The position numbers and the translations under genes were made by a program. The notes below the pieces were generated by a model, which saw only the letters and a program-made list of their open reading frames with translations, searched no databases and was not told where the DNA came from. Source: Obrimoposthia wandeli (Eukaryota). From it: a stretch of 64,000 bases of DNA. The DNA is taken from assembly GCA_977020255.1 (NCBI GenBank), contig CDROCS010002727.1:496001-560000 (forward strand). The letters run 5' to 3'. This document shows positions 22,843-35,215 of the stretch, piece by piece. The number at the start of each line of letters is the position of its first letter. Within the stretch, counting starts at the first letter, position 1.

Positions 22843-23121
22843 ATGCTAGTTGATTATATACTTCATTATACAACTGTTGATGATGTTTTAGTTAGACGAA
22901 AAGTAGGTTATTCTAGAATGAAAGTTTTACACTGGAAATATAGACCGGAGGCTAAGGAAGCTTTAGGTACAGTTGTTAAAATTATTAAAAATCGACGTAA
23001 ACGTAAAGCAAGTGAAGCAGCACAAACGGTTGAACCCGAAACTAAAAAGCAAGAGGGTAGTGGTAGAAAGAAAGCATCTAGTATAAATAAACGAAGAAAA
23101 CAAGGTACAATATTTGCTTAA
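22843..23121 (+). CDS. Small basic protein, candidate virion core/DNA-condensing protein
   Basis: Arg/Lys-rich 92 aa immediately upstream of MCP, containing QEGSG (GxG, a possible protease site). A syntenic relic lies at ~57510-57780. Confidence 0.5.
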   Translation: MLVDYILHYTTVDDVLVRRKVGYSRMKVLHWKYRPEAKEALGTVVKIIKNRRKRKASEAAQTVEPETKKQEGSGRKKASSINKRRKQGTIFA

Positions 23122-23123
23122 TA

Positions 23124-24386
23124 ATGGCTTGTGGTAAATCTGAATTATGTATTTTTGATCGAGCTTTGCCCCAGGTAGTTGTAAATAATGGTAGCTTTGA
23201 AGATATATATCCAACAAACAATATTACCGGAACAAGAACATCAGAGATTCTGTTTAAAATCCAAGTATCAGATATTGAGTACTTAGATTTGAATGATACC
23301 TTGTTGTTTGTGAAAATAAAAGTAACGAAAACTGATGGTACAGAAATAGCTGTTGCAGATAATGTGGTCCCATCAAATTTCTTGATGCATTCCCTATTTA
23401 AAAGCATAGATATAACAATGAATAATACTGTAGTATAAACCCATCCTCAATATGCACAAAAAGCTATGATTGAAACCATACTAAACTATAGCACAGACAC
23501 TAAAGACACTTGTTTGTCGAGTATAGGTTATGATGATGATGAAGATAAGCGTAAAGGTTGGGCTGCTCGCTCAAAAGAAATTGACTTGTGTGGGACTCTT
23601 CGATCTGATATTTTTGAGCAACCAAAGTATCTCTTACCTGGTGTGTCTATCATGGTAAGACTTGTACCTAATAAATCTATGTTTAGTCTGAACTACGGAA
23701 CGACTCTATCGCGAATCATATTTATTGAAGCTAAACTTAAAGTCAGAAGAGTCAGAGTTGAGAATGATGTTTTAATGGGACAAAATATTGGTCTTGAATC
23801 TAGGAATGCTGTATATCCCTATACTCACAGAAAGCTAATGTATCATACCTTAGCCATCGGTTCTACGAGTTTTTACAAGGATCAAGTGTTTGATGATGAA
23901 CAATTGCCTAAATTTGTGTTGATTACGTTGCAAGCAGGTGAAAAACTTATCGGTAATGGTGCTACAGACTCTTCAACATTCGATCATTCTAATGTTAACA
24001 CTATCAGTCTTGCTAGAAACAGTGATTTTAACGAATCTTACAGTACAAACTTGAAACAGGTGAAACCACCTTTGCATATGTCCAATCTATCATTAGAAAT
24101 ATGGGTAATTTGGATAAGAATATAAACAATGGCGTATCACTGGATGAATTCAAAACCAAATATCCATTTTCCACGTATCACTGGATGAATTCAAAACCAA
24201 ATATCCATTTTTCACGTTTGTTTAGCCCCTGACTTTGATATCACGCAAAACCAATTAGCAAAACAGGGTAATTTACGCCTTGACATCAAGTTTCACAAGT
24301 CATTAACAGTCCCAACAAACGTACTGATTTACGGGATTTTTGATTCTGAGTTTGAAATAACTAAAGGCCGACGTGTGATTGTATGA
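23124..24386 (+). pseudogene. Maverick major capsid protein (double jelly roll), disrupted
   Basis: CGKSELCIF...EILFKI...EYLDLNDTLLFVKIKV...HSLFKSIDIT...IETILNY...DIFEQPKYLLPGV...KLKVRRV...LPKFVLI...FTFVLAPD...GNLRLDIKF...VLIYGIFD. In-frame TAA at 23436, frameshift near 24052, 41-bp duplication at 24133-24216. Confidence 0.9.
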
Positions 24387-24767
24387 AGTGAGTTTTTTTA
24401 ATTTATGTTTTAAGATTTTATTAACAACAAGTAATGTTCAGGTGAATGAAATAACTAGTTTGCTGCTCGGACCGCGATTTAAGGGTGTATACCCGTTGGA
24501 AAAAATCCCAACATTAACGCCTAGATGATATATTGTCAATACACTGACCTCAAATCTTCCTGGAGAACACTGGATTGCGTTATTCGTGAGACAGAATTCT
24601 GTACATGTGTATGACCCTCTTGGAGTATACTATCCGGGAAAACTTATCAAGCATGTAGAGTCTCAAGGAAAACATGTATATTACAACAAAATTCGTTCTC
24701 AAAACCCACTGACTACTAATTGCGGTCCACTATGTATCTTATGGTTGTATGATCAAACTATATAAAT
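24383..24767 (+). pseudogene. Adenain-like cysteine maturation protease, spliced (exon 1 24383-24387, intron 24388-24431)
   Basis: MNNVQVNE...FKGVYP...IVNT...PGEHWIAL...YDPLG...QNPLTTNCGPLC gives the catalytic H, D, Q and C. One in-frame TGA. The ATG overlaps the MCP stop codon. Confidence 0.88.
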
Positions 24768-25182
24768 GTGATTGGTAATAAAATTTGTATTCAAAAAATT
24801 TGTTTTATAAATAGCTTCAACTGTCCCATCGAAATTTTAAAAAAAATTTGAGTTTTGATAAATTAAGAGAAAATTAATGGTGTGAATTATTTTTAAAAAT
24901 TCAAAGTCTAACGGTGTGAATATCGGTTATGAAAAAATTCATAATTGATTGACCGTAATTAACCTTTATGATCACGTGTGTAGCAACTAGGGAATAAAGA
25001 GTCTTTATTACACATTCCTAGTTTGTAAGTACACACGTGATGTGTGACGTGTGCATCTAGGGCAACAACTACACTTGTGATTGTGATTGTGAACCATATA
25101 TAAACAATCAGTGTAGATTCATTTATCAATTTAATCACAATTTCCAAAAAGTAAGTATTTTGATTTTATTATTTTTATTTAG

Positions 25183-28100
25183 ATGTCAAAAATTATTGTT
25201 GCTTTCAACAGCAATAAAAGATGGACAATGAAGCCTGTAGTGGCTGATGATGATGTCGACTTGGATGCGACACCTGTTAAGAAAGGTAATTTCAATTATT
25301 ATTATTTTATTCTTTAATTTAATTTAGCAATGCGGAGTGTCACACCACCAATATCAATTGCGCCATGGCTATCAACAAAATATGATGCTCCTACTAAGAA
25401 AAGAAGCCGAAAGCAGTCAATTTCTGATGTTGAAAAGAAGAAAATGTCAAAAGTTTTTTTATCTTCTGAGAAATCTGCTCAGTCTTTACTTCCTTCTTCT
25501 TCTTCATCTTCTCATTCTCATGTTTTTCCTCCATATGACAATCATTTAAATAAACCTTTTGGGGATATAAGGGATATAAACTCTAATTCTCCCGACTGCG
25601 ATAGCTGCCCGGTAACGCGGGGCAGTCTAACTCCTGGAATGGGGTCGCAGAACAAGTTAATTAAATCAAGAGGTTACCCCTTACTTTTTAAACCAGGGAC
25701 ACCTGTTAATTCGATAGAAAATTTCGACGTAAATGAGATATACTCGGGTTTTGAAATTATCCCGTTTAAAAAATATTTTAATCAGTTAAAGAAAGTTAAA
25801 AATCAAAATATTGATTTAAGTAAACTGAAAACAGAAGGTAGGAAAGGTAAACGATTTCGTCAGAAGCTGCGTAGATTGAGAAAACTACCAGCAGATATAA
25901 CAATATTTGCAAATTTATTAGGGTCTTGCAAACCCATTAATATTAGTCCAAGTCTGAAAATTACAGATCTGGCAAATAAATTATATGAAGTCTTTGGGAC
26001 TGATCAAATTTATGTTAACCGTAATGGCATGCCCTTTGAAAGGGAAGCTATTATCGGTGATGTTTTACATGAGGGGGCTATTATCCATGTATACCCTAAA
26101 CTTCGTGGAGGAAGTAACTTATGTACATTGTACAAGTATTGCACAAACGTTAATCATGGAATAGAATGTCATAGTGTAATGCTTAAATATTATAAATTTA
26201 AAAGCGGTTTTATTTGTCCACATTGTGATGTGTTATATTGTATTGACTATCAAACATTTTATAATGATCATAAGGATCATCTGACGTATTTTAAGTCTAA
26301 AAAGTTAGCATACAAACGTAAAGTAATGAGAGTACCAACAATAGACAACAATAAAATAGCAAAAACTAATAATTTTAATGAAGAGTTTGATGTGGTAGAC
26401 TCGTGGGAACCGGATAGTGTTGTAGAAATTGATACTTATCCTGAAGTTGTAGAAATTATTGAGCCTTTAACGTCTAATGAAATCTTAAATAATAAAAATA
26501 TTGATGAACTTATAGATCAGGACGAGTTTATAACAGAAAATGATTTTTTCGACTCACTCCTAACTATTACGGATGATGACTTTGATAATATTGTTACAAT
26601 TAATTCAGATAATACATTAACTTTTAACAATCAAATAGGAGGTGCAATTCAATCAAACCTTGTTTTTGATGTTAGTGGATTAAACATGCTTAAACTATAC
26701 ATTAACGATACTATGCTAACTGAACTTACTAGCAGTATAGATGTGTTTAGTCCCTGTAAAATACAGTTTGGTGTTGAAACCGAATTTGTCAATAACGAGG
26801 GTCAACATAAAACATGGCATGTAAGCTTTAAAGCAAATATTTTTGAACAAGATTTTATCACTACAAGAACAGTTGAGCTCAACAATAAAATTGAAATTTA
26901 TAAGGATATGAGTTCTGGATGGACAGTATTTAAAATTATGTTGGAATCCTTTAAATTTACTGCACTTTCAAACGTAGCAGGATCATCATTTATAAAAACC
27001 CCGGTTGCGCTTGCTAAAACACTATCTATAGTGAACGTAAATAATACTGATGATCAGTGTTTTAAATACGCTGTTCTCAGTATCCTACACTATAAAGATT
27101 TCAATCGAAACAGACAAACAGTTGAAAACTATAATGATTATTTAAATGAACTTATATGCGAGCCTGGTCCTATGAGGATAGACTGCATCAAGGCGTTTGA
27201 AAAACTCAATAATATAGCGATAACAGTATTCTCCTATAAACCTACAAAGGTAGAGCCTCATAGTAGTCATCTAGTGTTTAAAAACCCAGATGTTAATGTT
27301 ATTTATAGAACGAGTCTTAAGCAGTGCGAAAAAGTAGTAAACTTGTTGCTGTTGGAACAGAGCGGTAATTATCACTATACTGGAATTACAAATCTGAAGA
27401 CTTTTAAATACTCAAAAATATAATGTGCGTCTCTTTTGGTGTGAGAAATGTCTTTTTGGATTTCGAACCACGATTTCATATGACAAACACAGGGCACATT
27501 GTAATATTAATACAGATTTAACAACCTTGTTTACAATGCCTAAAGAGATCAAGTGTCAGTTTTCTGACTGGTCTAAATCTATTGCGCCACCATTTGTTGT
27601 ATACGCCGACTTTGAGTCAATACTCGAGCCACATAATACTTTCAAACACATTCATAAACCAATATCTATAGGGATGATTTTGAAAAACAACACTAATAAT
27701 TCAATACAATATTTCAGTTATTACGTTCTGCAGTGTGCTAAAAACTTTGTAGATAAATTAACTGAGTTGATAAATGGTGAAGTGGCAGATTTTTGGGTAA
27801 ATAGTATTAATGTTCCTATGGTTTTTACTAATAATGACATGTTGAACTTTAGAGATTGCACTAATTGCTATCTTTGTAAAAAATTAAACGATCGTATGGT
27901 TAGAGATCATGATCATATCACGGGTAAATACTTGGGTGCGGCATGCAACAAATGCAATTTAAGTCGCAAGTTTGCAAAGAGACCGGTTTTACCTGTGGTG
28001 TTTCATAACCTTATGGGTTATGACATACATCATATTTTAAAATATGCCGACTTGAAAGGTAAATTCTTTTCAATTATCCCTAAATCAAGTGAAAAGTTCA

Positions 28101-29910
28101 TGTCCCTCCGTATAGAGATGAAGAGGGGGACATTGAAATTCATTGATTCATACCTTTTTACAACGTCAAGTCTTGAATCCTTAGTTTCATACTTGCCAAG
28201 TTGTCCTTATACTACACAATACCTAAAACCTAATATTGCAACAAGTAAGGCGGTATTTCCATATGAATATATTAGTGGTGTTGATAGGCTTATGGAGACG
28301 CAGTTACCCGCTAAATCTGAGTTTCCTTCTCGAGTCACTGATCAACAATATAATGAAGCCCTAATGATGTGGACTGTATTAGGGTGTAATACTATTAAAG
28401 ACTACATGCTTGAGTATATGAAACTTGACGTGTATCTCTTATGTGATGTTTTTGAGACCTTTAGACAGAAAGTAAGGGATGATGATAATCTAGAGGCGCT
28501 CAATTTCTTTAGTATCCCTGGTCTCAGTTGGGCTAGCGCATTAAAAACATTAGAGTATGATGTGGATTTATTGCATGATCCCGAAATGTATAACATGTTT
28601 GAGGCAGGGATACGGGGAGGGATGACTTTCATCAATAAACATTACGTTAAAACAACAGATGAAACATTCCTCCTATACATTGACATAAATAACCTATATG
28701 GCTGGGCCTTGAGTCAACCGTTACCACATACAGATTTTACATGGGTATATGACGGTTTTGAAGCGATAATTGAGCTTATAACTGAGAGGGATATTCACGG
28801 TAATATGCAGGACTTAAGTCTTAAAGAACATGGATACTTGTTGGAAATTGATTTACACATATACCCATCAGTATTCATGATAAACTTGATGACTTACCGA
28901 TTGCGCCTAATAGAGAAATCCCTCCCGGCTCAAAAGCTTCAAAGCTGTTGATGACCCATGAGGATAAAAATAATTACATCATACACTCACAACTACTACA
29001 ATTTTACTTGTTTCTGGGTGCAGAAATTAAACAAGTGCATAGAGCAATAAAGTTTCATCAAGCTCCTATATTTAAAACATATATTGATATCAATAGCCGG
29101 AAACGGGCAGAGGGTACTACTACATTTGATAAAGAGTTTTATAAACTCAAAAATAATTCAATATATGGTAAGATAGTGGAAAATCTTAAAAAACGTAAAG
29201 ATATCCGTCTTACCAAGAATGATCGTCAGTTTACTAAACTTGTTTCAAGCCCTTGGTTTAAGAAGCATACCCAAATAACCGACAATCTCAATCTTTTATT
29301 TATGCAAAAGAAAGAAATTTGTCTGGATCGACCATCATATATTGGTCAAGCTGTGTTGGACTTATCTAAACTACGTATGTACCAACTACAGTATAGTGAT
29401 CTTGACCGGTATCATAAGCAATATCATTGTGATATCAACATAGTTGCAATGGATACAGACTCGTTTTTCTTAGAGTGTAAGCATATAGATAAAGATGTCC
29501 TCTTAAAACAAATGATTAAAGATCAGATGTTAGATACGAGTAATTACCCGATCACACATGAGTTATTTAACGATTCTCATCGAAATGTGATTGGAAAGTT
29601 TAAAGATGAAAGCAAGGGGACAGTGCTTTATGATGAATGGGTATTTCTGAAACCTAAATGCTACTCATTGAAAACGAGTATGAGGGCTAAGGGTATCTCC
29701 CTTAAACAAACCGAAATCAGACATGAGCATTACATAAAGTGTTATGTTGATGATGAAATTATAACTGCCGGTCAGACACGTATTTTATCTCGTAATCATC
29801 AATTATTTACAATGTATAATGATAAAATTGCGTTAAGGTGTTATGACGATAAAAGGGTTAGGCTTGAGAAAAACAAATCCGTCGCATATGGACACTATAG
29901 TCTAAGATAG
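25183..29910 (+). pseudogene. polB: Protein-primed family B DNA polymerase polyprotein with an N-terminal ubiquitin-like domain; two frameshifts
   Basis: ATG 25183 joins ORF 25330 through a 42-nt intron (25286-25327). Motifs: SSGW...GSSFIKTP...DQCFKY, DHDHITG...AACNKC, FHNL.GYD, FIDS, FPYEY, YMKLDV, GIRGG, YIDINNLYG, KLKNNSIYGK, MDTDS, GKFKDE, KPKCY, RAKG, DDKR. Frameshifts near 27410 and 28868. Confidence 0.93.
25897..26112 (+). other. Ubiquitin-like domain (72 aa) ending in LRGG, inside the pPolB ORF
   Basis: ITIFANLLGSCKPINISPSLKITDLANKL...GAIIHVYPKLRGG follows the length and hydrophobic pattern of ubiquitin (MQIFVK...TLHLVLRLRGG). Confidence 0.75.
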
Positions 29911-30109
29911 GTGTATATAAAATCTGGGGTAACCTCTTGAAAGTATTAACTAATATCCTTCTTATTTTTAATGTGATAGTATGTATCTTTTTAAATGCAA
30001 TAGTATGTATATATTTTTAATGCTATAGTATGTATATATTTTTATTGATGTTTATTTTTAATACATTGTATGTATCATAACCATGTCTTGACTTCCTACT
30101 AGCTACTCA

Positions 30110-30421
30110 TTGGATAATTTAATCAAATTCTCTATAAATATATACACATTTCAATCAATCAATTTCTCATTATTTCAAATGACTACTTTTAAAGAAAAAT
30201 TGCAAGCTCTCTATGATAACCTGAGCCCTACCTTGATGGCCCAGTATACTGAAAAGTACTTTAACTTATTTGTTGCACCAGAACTTTTTGTCTCAAGGAT
30301 TGAAGAACTTTATATGTATCACCTGTTTAATGGAGACTTTAAACCTAAAGTTGCAACAATCATTAAAATAGAAGAAGAAGAAGAAAGCATGGATTGTGAC
30401 AATGAATATAATTATGTATAA
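30110..30421 (+). CDS. Small element ORF of unknown function (probable start MTTFKE at 30179)
   Basis: Intact ORF ending just before the right TIR; acidic tail. Confidence 0.45.
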   Translation: MDNLIKFSINIYTFQSINFSLFQMTTFKEKLQALYDNLSPTLMAQYTEKYFNLFVAPELFVSRIEELYMYHLFNGDFKPKVATIIKIEEEEESMDCDNEYNYV

Positions 30422-30438
30422 ACATAGACTTTTTACTA

Positions 30439-30970
30439 GACTCCTACTATAAACAATAACGTTTCTTATGATAAAAACTGCGATAGCTGTCCGGTTATGC
30501 GGGGCAGTCTAACTCCTGGAATGAGGTCGCAGTACTAAGTAAATTAAATAGTTGCAAATAAAAATTTGGGACGGTCAATTGTGTTTAATTTCAAAATTTT
30601 AATTTACATATTTCATTTTTGAATTAAAATTTTAATTTTTTAATTTCCATATTTAATTTTTTTAATTTCCATATTTAATTTTTTAATTTTGAATTAAAAT
30701 TTTTAATTTTTAAAATTTTTGAACTATATACTTAATGTTACAGAATATTAACCTACATAATCGTAAGTGATGCATAAGACCAATCAAATTTCAAAACGTA
30801 AAGTGTCGGTTCTAAAACAAGGCACACAAAGCCCCCCCCGAACAAGGCACAAGGAACAAAGCACATCTGTATGACTAAGCGAATTCCAGATGTGCTTTGT
30901 TCCTTGTGCCTTGTTCGGGGGGGGGGGGGCTTTGTGTGCTATTGTTTTAGAACCGACACTTTACACTTCT
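30439..30970 (-). repeat. Right TIR with hairpin at 30798-30964
   Basis: Reverse complement of the left TIR; hairpin loop tatgactaagcgaattc. Confidence 0.95.
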
Positions 30971-31331
30971 AACGTCACCTTTTTTTACTTCATTTAATAC
31001 GTACAAGTCAAAAATTGAAACGAAAATTTTCACTAAACGACCTCCTCAATATATCCCAGTACGAATGATATTTGCTCTCGACTAACCCTCTTTATCCTAA
31101 ATCAATCTCCCAAACAATGAAATTATTTCCACAAAAAAAGTCGTAATTAGTCAAATTTAGGTCAAAATCATTGAACAATTTTATTTTTTAAATAATTTGG
31201 ACCTATTTGAGAACACTTAAAAGGTTTCAACTATAATATATATCTTGGATCCTAAAACGCATCTAGATGGACTGTGTATATTCTATAATTGGTGTACAAT
31301 AAACGGAGTAATCAGAGCAGACAAAACTCAC

Positions 31332-31828
31332 TATTGCTTGTGTTCCGTTCATCGTCCATCCAGGCCTGGAACCGCAGATCCAACTGAGACTTTTGTTGCT
31401 GCTGCCCACAAATGTCGAGCTCACCAAGTCTCCAACCAGCAATCACACCGTTATCAGAACCAGCCCCCAACTCCTCATCCTCTGACGCCGTCAACCTCCT
31501 ACCCACATCACGCCACTGGCCAAGACCCACCGCACACAGTGCTTCCTCATACGACAAAATCTTCACCGGACCATTACCAGCCACCACCATGTCCTGACTC
31601 TCCTCCATAGACTCGTCCTCGCCGCCGCCTCCACAACCCCCAATGTCACAAGAGTCGCCTAACTCCTGCATGTGATTTGTCATCTCTCCGGCATCTTCCA
31701 GCGTCTCTGTGGCGTCACTGTCACTGTCATCTTCATTGGGTTGACTAGAGCCTCCTCCGAGGCGCTCAAGGATCTCATCATCAAATACACCGCTGTCTCC
31801 CGCCATCACCACCGTACCATCGCTTAAC
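31332..31828 (-). CDS. BRD8: BRD8-like gene, exon 2 (acidic, low complexity)
   Basis: Acceptor ttttttgtctag (phase 2, matching exon 1) and donor GTGAGT (phase 1, matching exon 3). GC-rich open frame. Confidence 0.65.
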
Positions 31829-33329
31829 CTAGACAAAAAATCAAGAATAAACTGTGTCTACCAAATAAATATAATTATATTTTATCCAGTACAATTTTGC
31901 AGCAAGTAAATAAATGGTTTCTGTGTTGGGTTCTGATGTTACTAATCTTATGTCTAACTTATACTGGTGTGATTGTTATATTTGTGTCAAATGTTTTTTG
32001 ATCAATTTTGAATACATACATATATTTATCTTTAAGTCTGATTACAGTTCAAATCCGATCGTTGGGCACTACAAGTTTTGTGCCACAGACCAGAAATATA
32101 AGAGGCATTAGACAGTTTTATCAACTATTTACATGAGTCAGTTTCATGGTACGGTTTGTAGTGATAATAGATAAATTAGTCAGAATGGATCAAAACATAG
32201 AGATATGCAAATAAATGTTGATTTCAAGAAAAATTCCTGTACATGAAAATATCATCAGGGTTCTCACAACTAGTTTTATTGCTGTAAATGGTCATTCGTT
32301 CCACCAAAGAAATAAAATGCTTTTCATGTCATAAAGCAAATCATTATGACTGAAAAAGAGTATTGAAATCAACCCGAACTAAATTGTTGCGTCAATAGTT
32401 TATAAAATTAAAAAGAAAGATTTCATCAGCTACTTAGAACCAAGAGACATCGATACCAAAACATTTCCTTAGAGGAACCACATGACGAGTAAATCGGGTG
32501 CAAATATCAGAGGCTTCCATTATTTACAATTAGTAACGTAAAAATTACTGATCAACCTAGAAAAACTATTCAGATCATTTAACTGATATTTTTGGTGGGG
32601 AATTTTTATTTTAAAATGTATACAAAAATTAGAATCATTGTTCAATAAATAAAAAATATACATTTTTTGTTTAATTTAGTAATTTTGTAACATACAAGAA
32701 TTTCTAGATAATATATGTCAAATATATAAAATAATACGAATGTATCACCCAAGACGCATAACATTCATGCAAACCATTGTTAATTTCGAAATAAATGACA
32801 AAACCATTAGTAGACAATTTTGATAATGTGGATAGTGGTTCATGACATGGAATACATTGCGGTTCTTGAGAGGGGGTTATGAATATTTGGATAATGGTGA
32901 TGAGGTTGAAGAAGACATTTGATAATAACACTGATGCTTAACCAACATTTTCTTTCAAATGGGTAAGTTATTCCGAATAACAGATTGATATTTTGCAGTC
33001 TTTCTTCAAACCAACCCTTATTTTGACAAAGTGGTTGAAAAACAAAATCAAGTTGTACAATAAATAAAATTGTTGTACTATTATTTTGTGATTATCTTTG
33101 TTTTAGAAATATAATAAAAATATTTTGATTGACTTGTGTTTTACTGATGAAGCCATAAAAGTCGTACAGTTTTGTCGAGTTGATACAAGAATATTCAACA
33201 AAACAACGTTTGATAAGATAAACTATAAAAAATTTGACATTCTGATTAACAAATTCACGCTGGATCGTATTGAGTTTCAGTACTGCACAATTCCACAGGG
33301 TATGTAATTGCATTAAAAAAAGAATCATG

Positions 33330-34912
33330 TGTTAGATTAATGAAAATTGAAAATAAGATAAATAATAATAATTATTTATACTAAAATTTAAACCCTAAAA
33401 ATTGAAACAAATTTAAATTAGAAATAAATTGATTTTAGAATAAAATGAATTAAAATAAATTAGGATCTTGAAGAGGTTGTGGAGAAATATGTATTTAAGG
33501 AACAAAAAGTGTAAAAGAAGGTCGAAGGATATAAAATAATAAGAGAATAATTAATTAGTGAAATCGAAAAATAATCGAAAGGTAAAATTAATTATGCGTG
33601 AGTCTGATCATATGTTGTAGGATACATCTCAAAACCACTTAGTGATCCTGAGAAAAAACCGACGAGAAAATCGGAACGTAAATTGATTTTTCTGTGAGAG
33701 TTGGATCATCAGTTTTTTTAGGAAAAACCTCTTAGAAAACCCATTAGTGTTCGTTTTGAGGATCGAGTCGCAGAACACATATCCCAAACCAATTAGAAGC
33801 CGTGGATAGAGCCGAGGTAAATTTTGTTATAAAAAAGAATTTATTTCCTAATAATTACAGAAAAAATTTGGAACTACGAATCGGGCAATTAACAAGCTAT
33901 TTGAGTTTGAACGGGGTATTTTGAATTTGAACAGAGTTATTTGAATTGGAGAATATAGAACTCCGAAACGAACAAACGATGCTGAACAGGGCTAAAAGTT
34001 TGTAGTTACAAATCGCTCAAGGAAATTGGAATTGGTGAGTAAAATGACACTTTGAATTGAAAAGCTATTGAGTGAAAGTACATTTTGGATTGAAATGTTT
34101 GTCGAGTTAAAAACATATTCGAATTGAAATGTTTATCGAGTAAAAAAACATATTTGAATTGAAAAGTGTATTGAAGTAAATAATTATTGAATTAAAATAA
34201 AACCTTAAACTAGTAGAGAATTTATTTACGTTGATTGTAAAAGAATAATTGTAAAAGTGAAATTACCATAATATTGTATAAGTATAGAGATAGTAAATAG
34301 TTACTTTAGTAAATAGTTAGATAGACCGATAGTAAGGCACGGAGAAAAATTTGAAGGGTGGTTATAGAAGGAGGCGTATAAAAATATACGCATAGAAAAG
34401 TGTCAACCCTATTGTGTATTTCTGTAGTATATTTAGGAAATTCTAAGTGTGCTAAGTTAAATTTGGTTATTTTAGCGAAATCGATAGAAGATTCATTCTG
34501 AGTTAGCTCCCTTGCGAAATTCGTGTGCCCCTAACATATAGATTAGCCGAGGCCATATTTCACGTGATCATATATTCAGATGGGTATTGTCTACGTCGAT
34601 TGGTCCCGTCTCTGTTCCAATTGATATTCGGTCTCGATGTTGCCAGACCCTTCTGACATAAAAAGCTAACTCAGCTGATAAGCGATCCACCTTACGTACA
34701 TCACACCACACTAATTTTTGGGTCCTTCTAGCTATTCTGTGAACACAACTCCTTGAACACACCACAAGACACAAAACCTTCAGATTTGAGACTAGAATTA
34801 AGTAAGAAAAGAACAGGTAGGCCATATCCATATGTAAGCCATATCGCTACAGAACTCACATTGGGGCCTCCATGAGTATATAATAGAAGAGTTTTAATTA
34901 GAAACCCCAACA
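33330..34912 (+). mobile_element. 5' LTR of the same superfamily as 6297-8147
   Basis: TGTTAG...GAAACCCCAACA termini; shared 3' motif agaactcac.ttgggg; followed by a PBS. Confidence 0.8.
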
Positions 34913-34920
34913 TATTAAAT

Positions 34921-34939
34921 TGGTGCCCCGAGTGAGGAT
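34921..34939 (+). promoter_or_regulatory. Primer-binding site complementary to elongator tRNA-Met
   Basis: TGGTGCCCCGAGTGAGGAT versus the recalled complement of the animal elongator tRNA-Met 3' end, TGGTGCCCCGTGTGAGGAT (18/19). It starts 8 nt after the LTR end. Confidence 0.8.
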
Positions 34940-34999
34940 AGCTCGTCAGACACAGCGAATTCACATAGAATAAGACAGCGAAATGAGAATAAGTTATAG

Positions 35000-35215
35000 A
35001 AGAAGAATAAGAGATAAGTAAATTGAGATTAGTAAGTAATTTGAATAAATTTGTAAATCGAGTTGATAAGTTCCTCAAAGTAAGTAAATTGAAAAAGTTG
35101 TAAAACGAGTTGATAAGTACCTCGAAGTAAGTAAATTGATATAAATTGTAGAACTGAGTCGGTAAGTTCCTTGAAGAGATAAAATAAATAAGTTGATAAG
35201 TTCCTCAAAGAGTTT
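35000..35215. repeat. Degenerate ~47-bp tandem repeats in the retroelement 5' UTR
   Basis: aagtaagtaaattga...ttgta...gagttgataagt.cctc.aag repeated about 4 times. Confidence 0.7.

Larger units (their letters stand above)
20938..30970 (+). mobile_element. Maverick/Polinton (adintovirus-like) element, 10,033 bp, ends intact
   Basis: AGAAGT...ACTTCT termini. Perfect 6-bp TSD AACGTC at 20932-20937 and 30971-30976. ~535-bp TIRs. Encodes MCP, cysteine protease and pPolB. Confidence 0.95.

Noticed and set aside
25596-25650. Assignment of the 55-bp motif to hammerhead, twister, pistol or HDV-like ribozymes, or to a tRNA/Pol III gene
   Set aside because: By eye it lacks CUGANGA/GAAA, the twister L4 loop, the HDV nested pseudoknot and a B box; kept as an unknown structure.
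32100-33320. Possible decayed DNA-transposon (MULE/SWIM-like) coding sequence
   Set aside because: No motif could be reconstructed convincingly.
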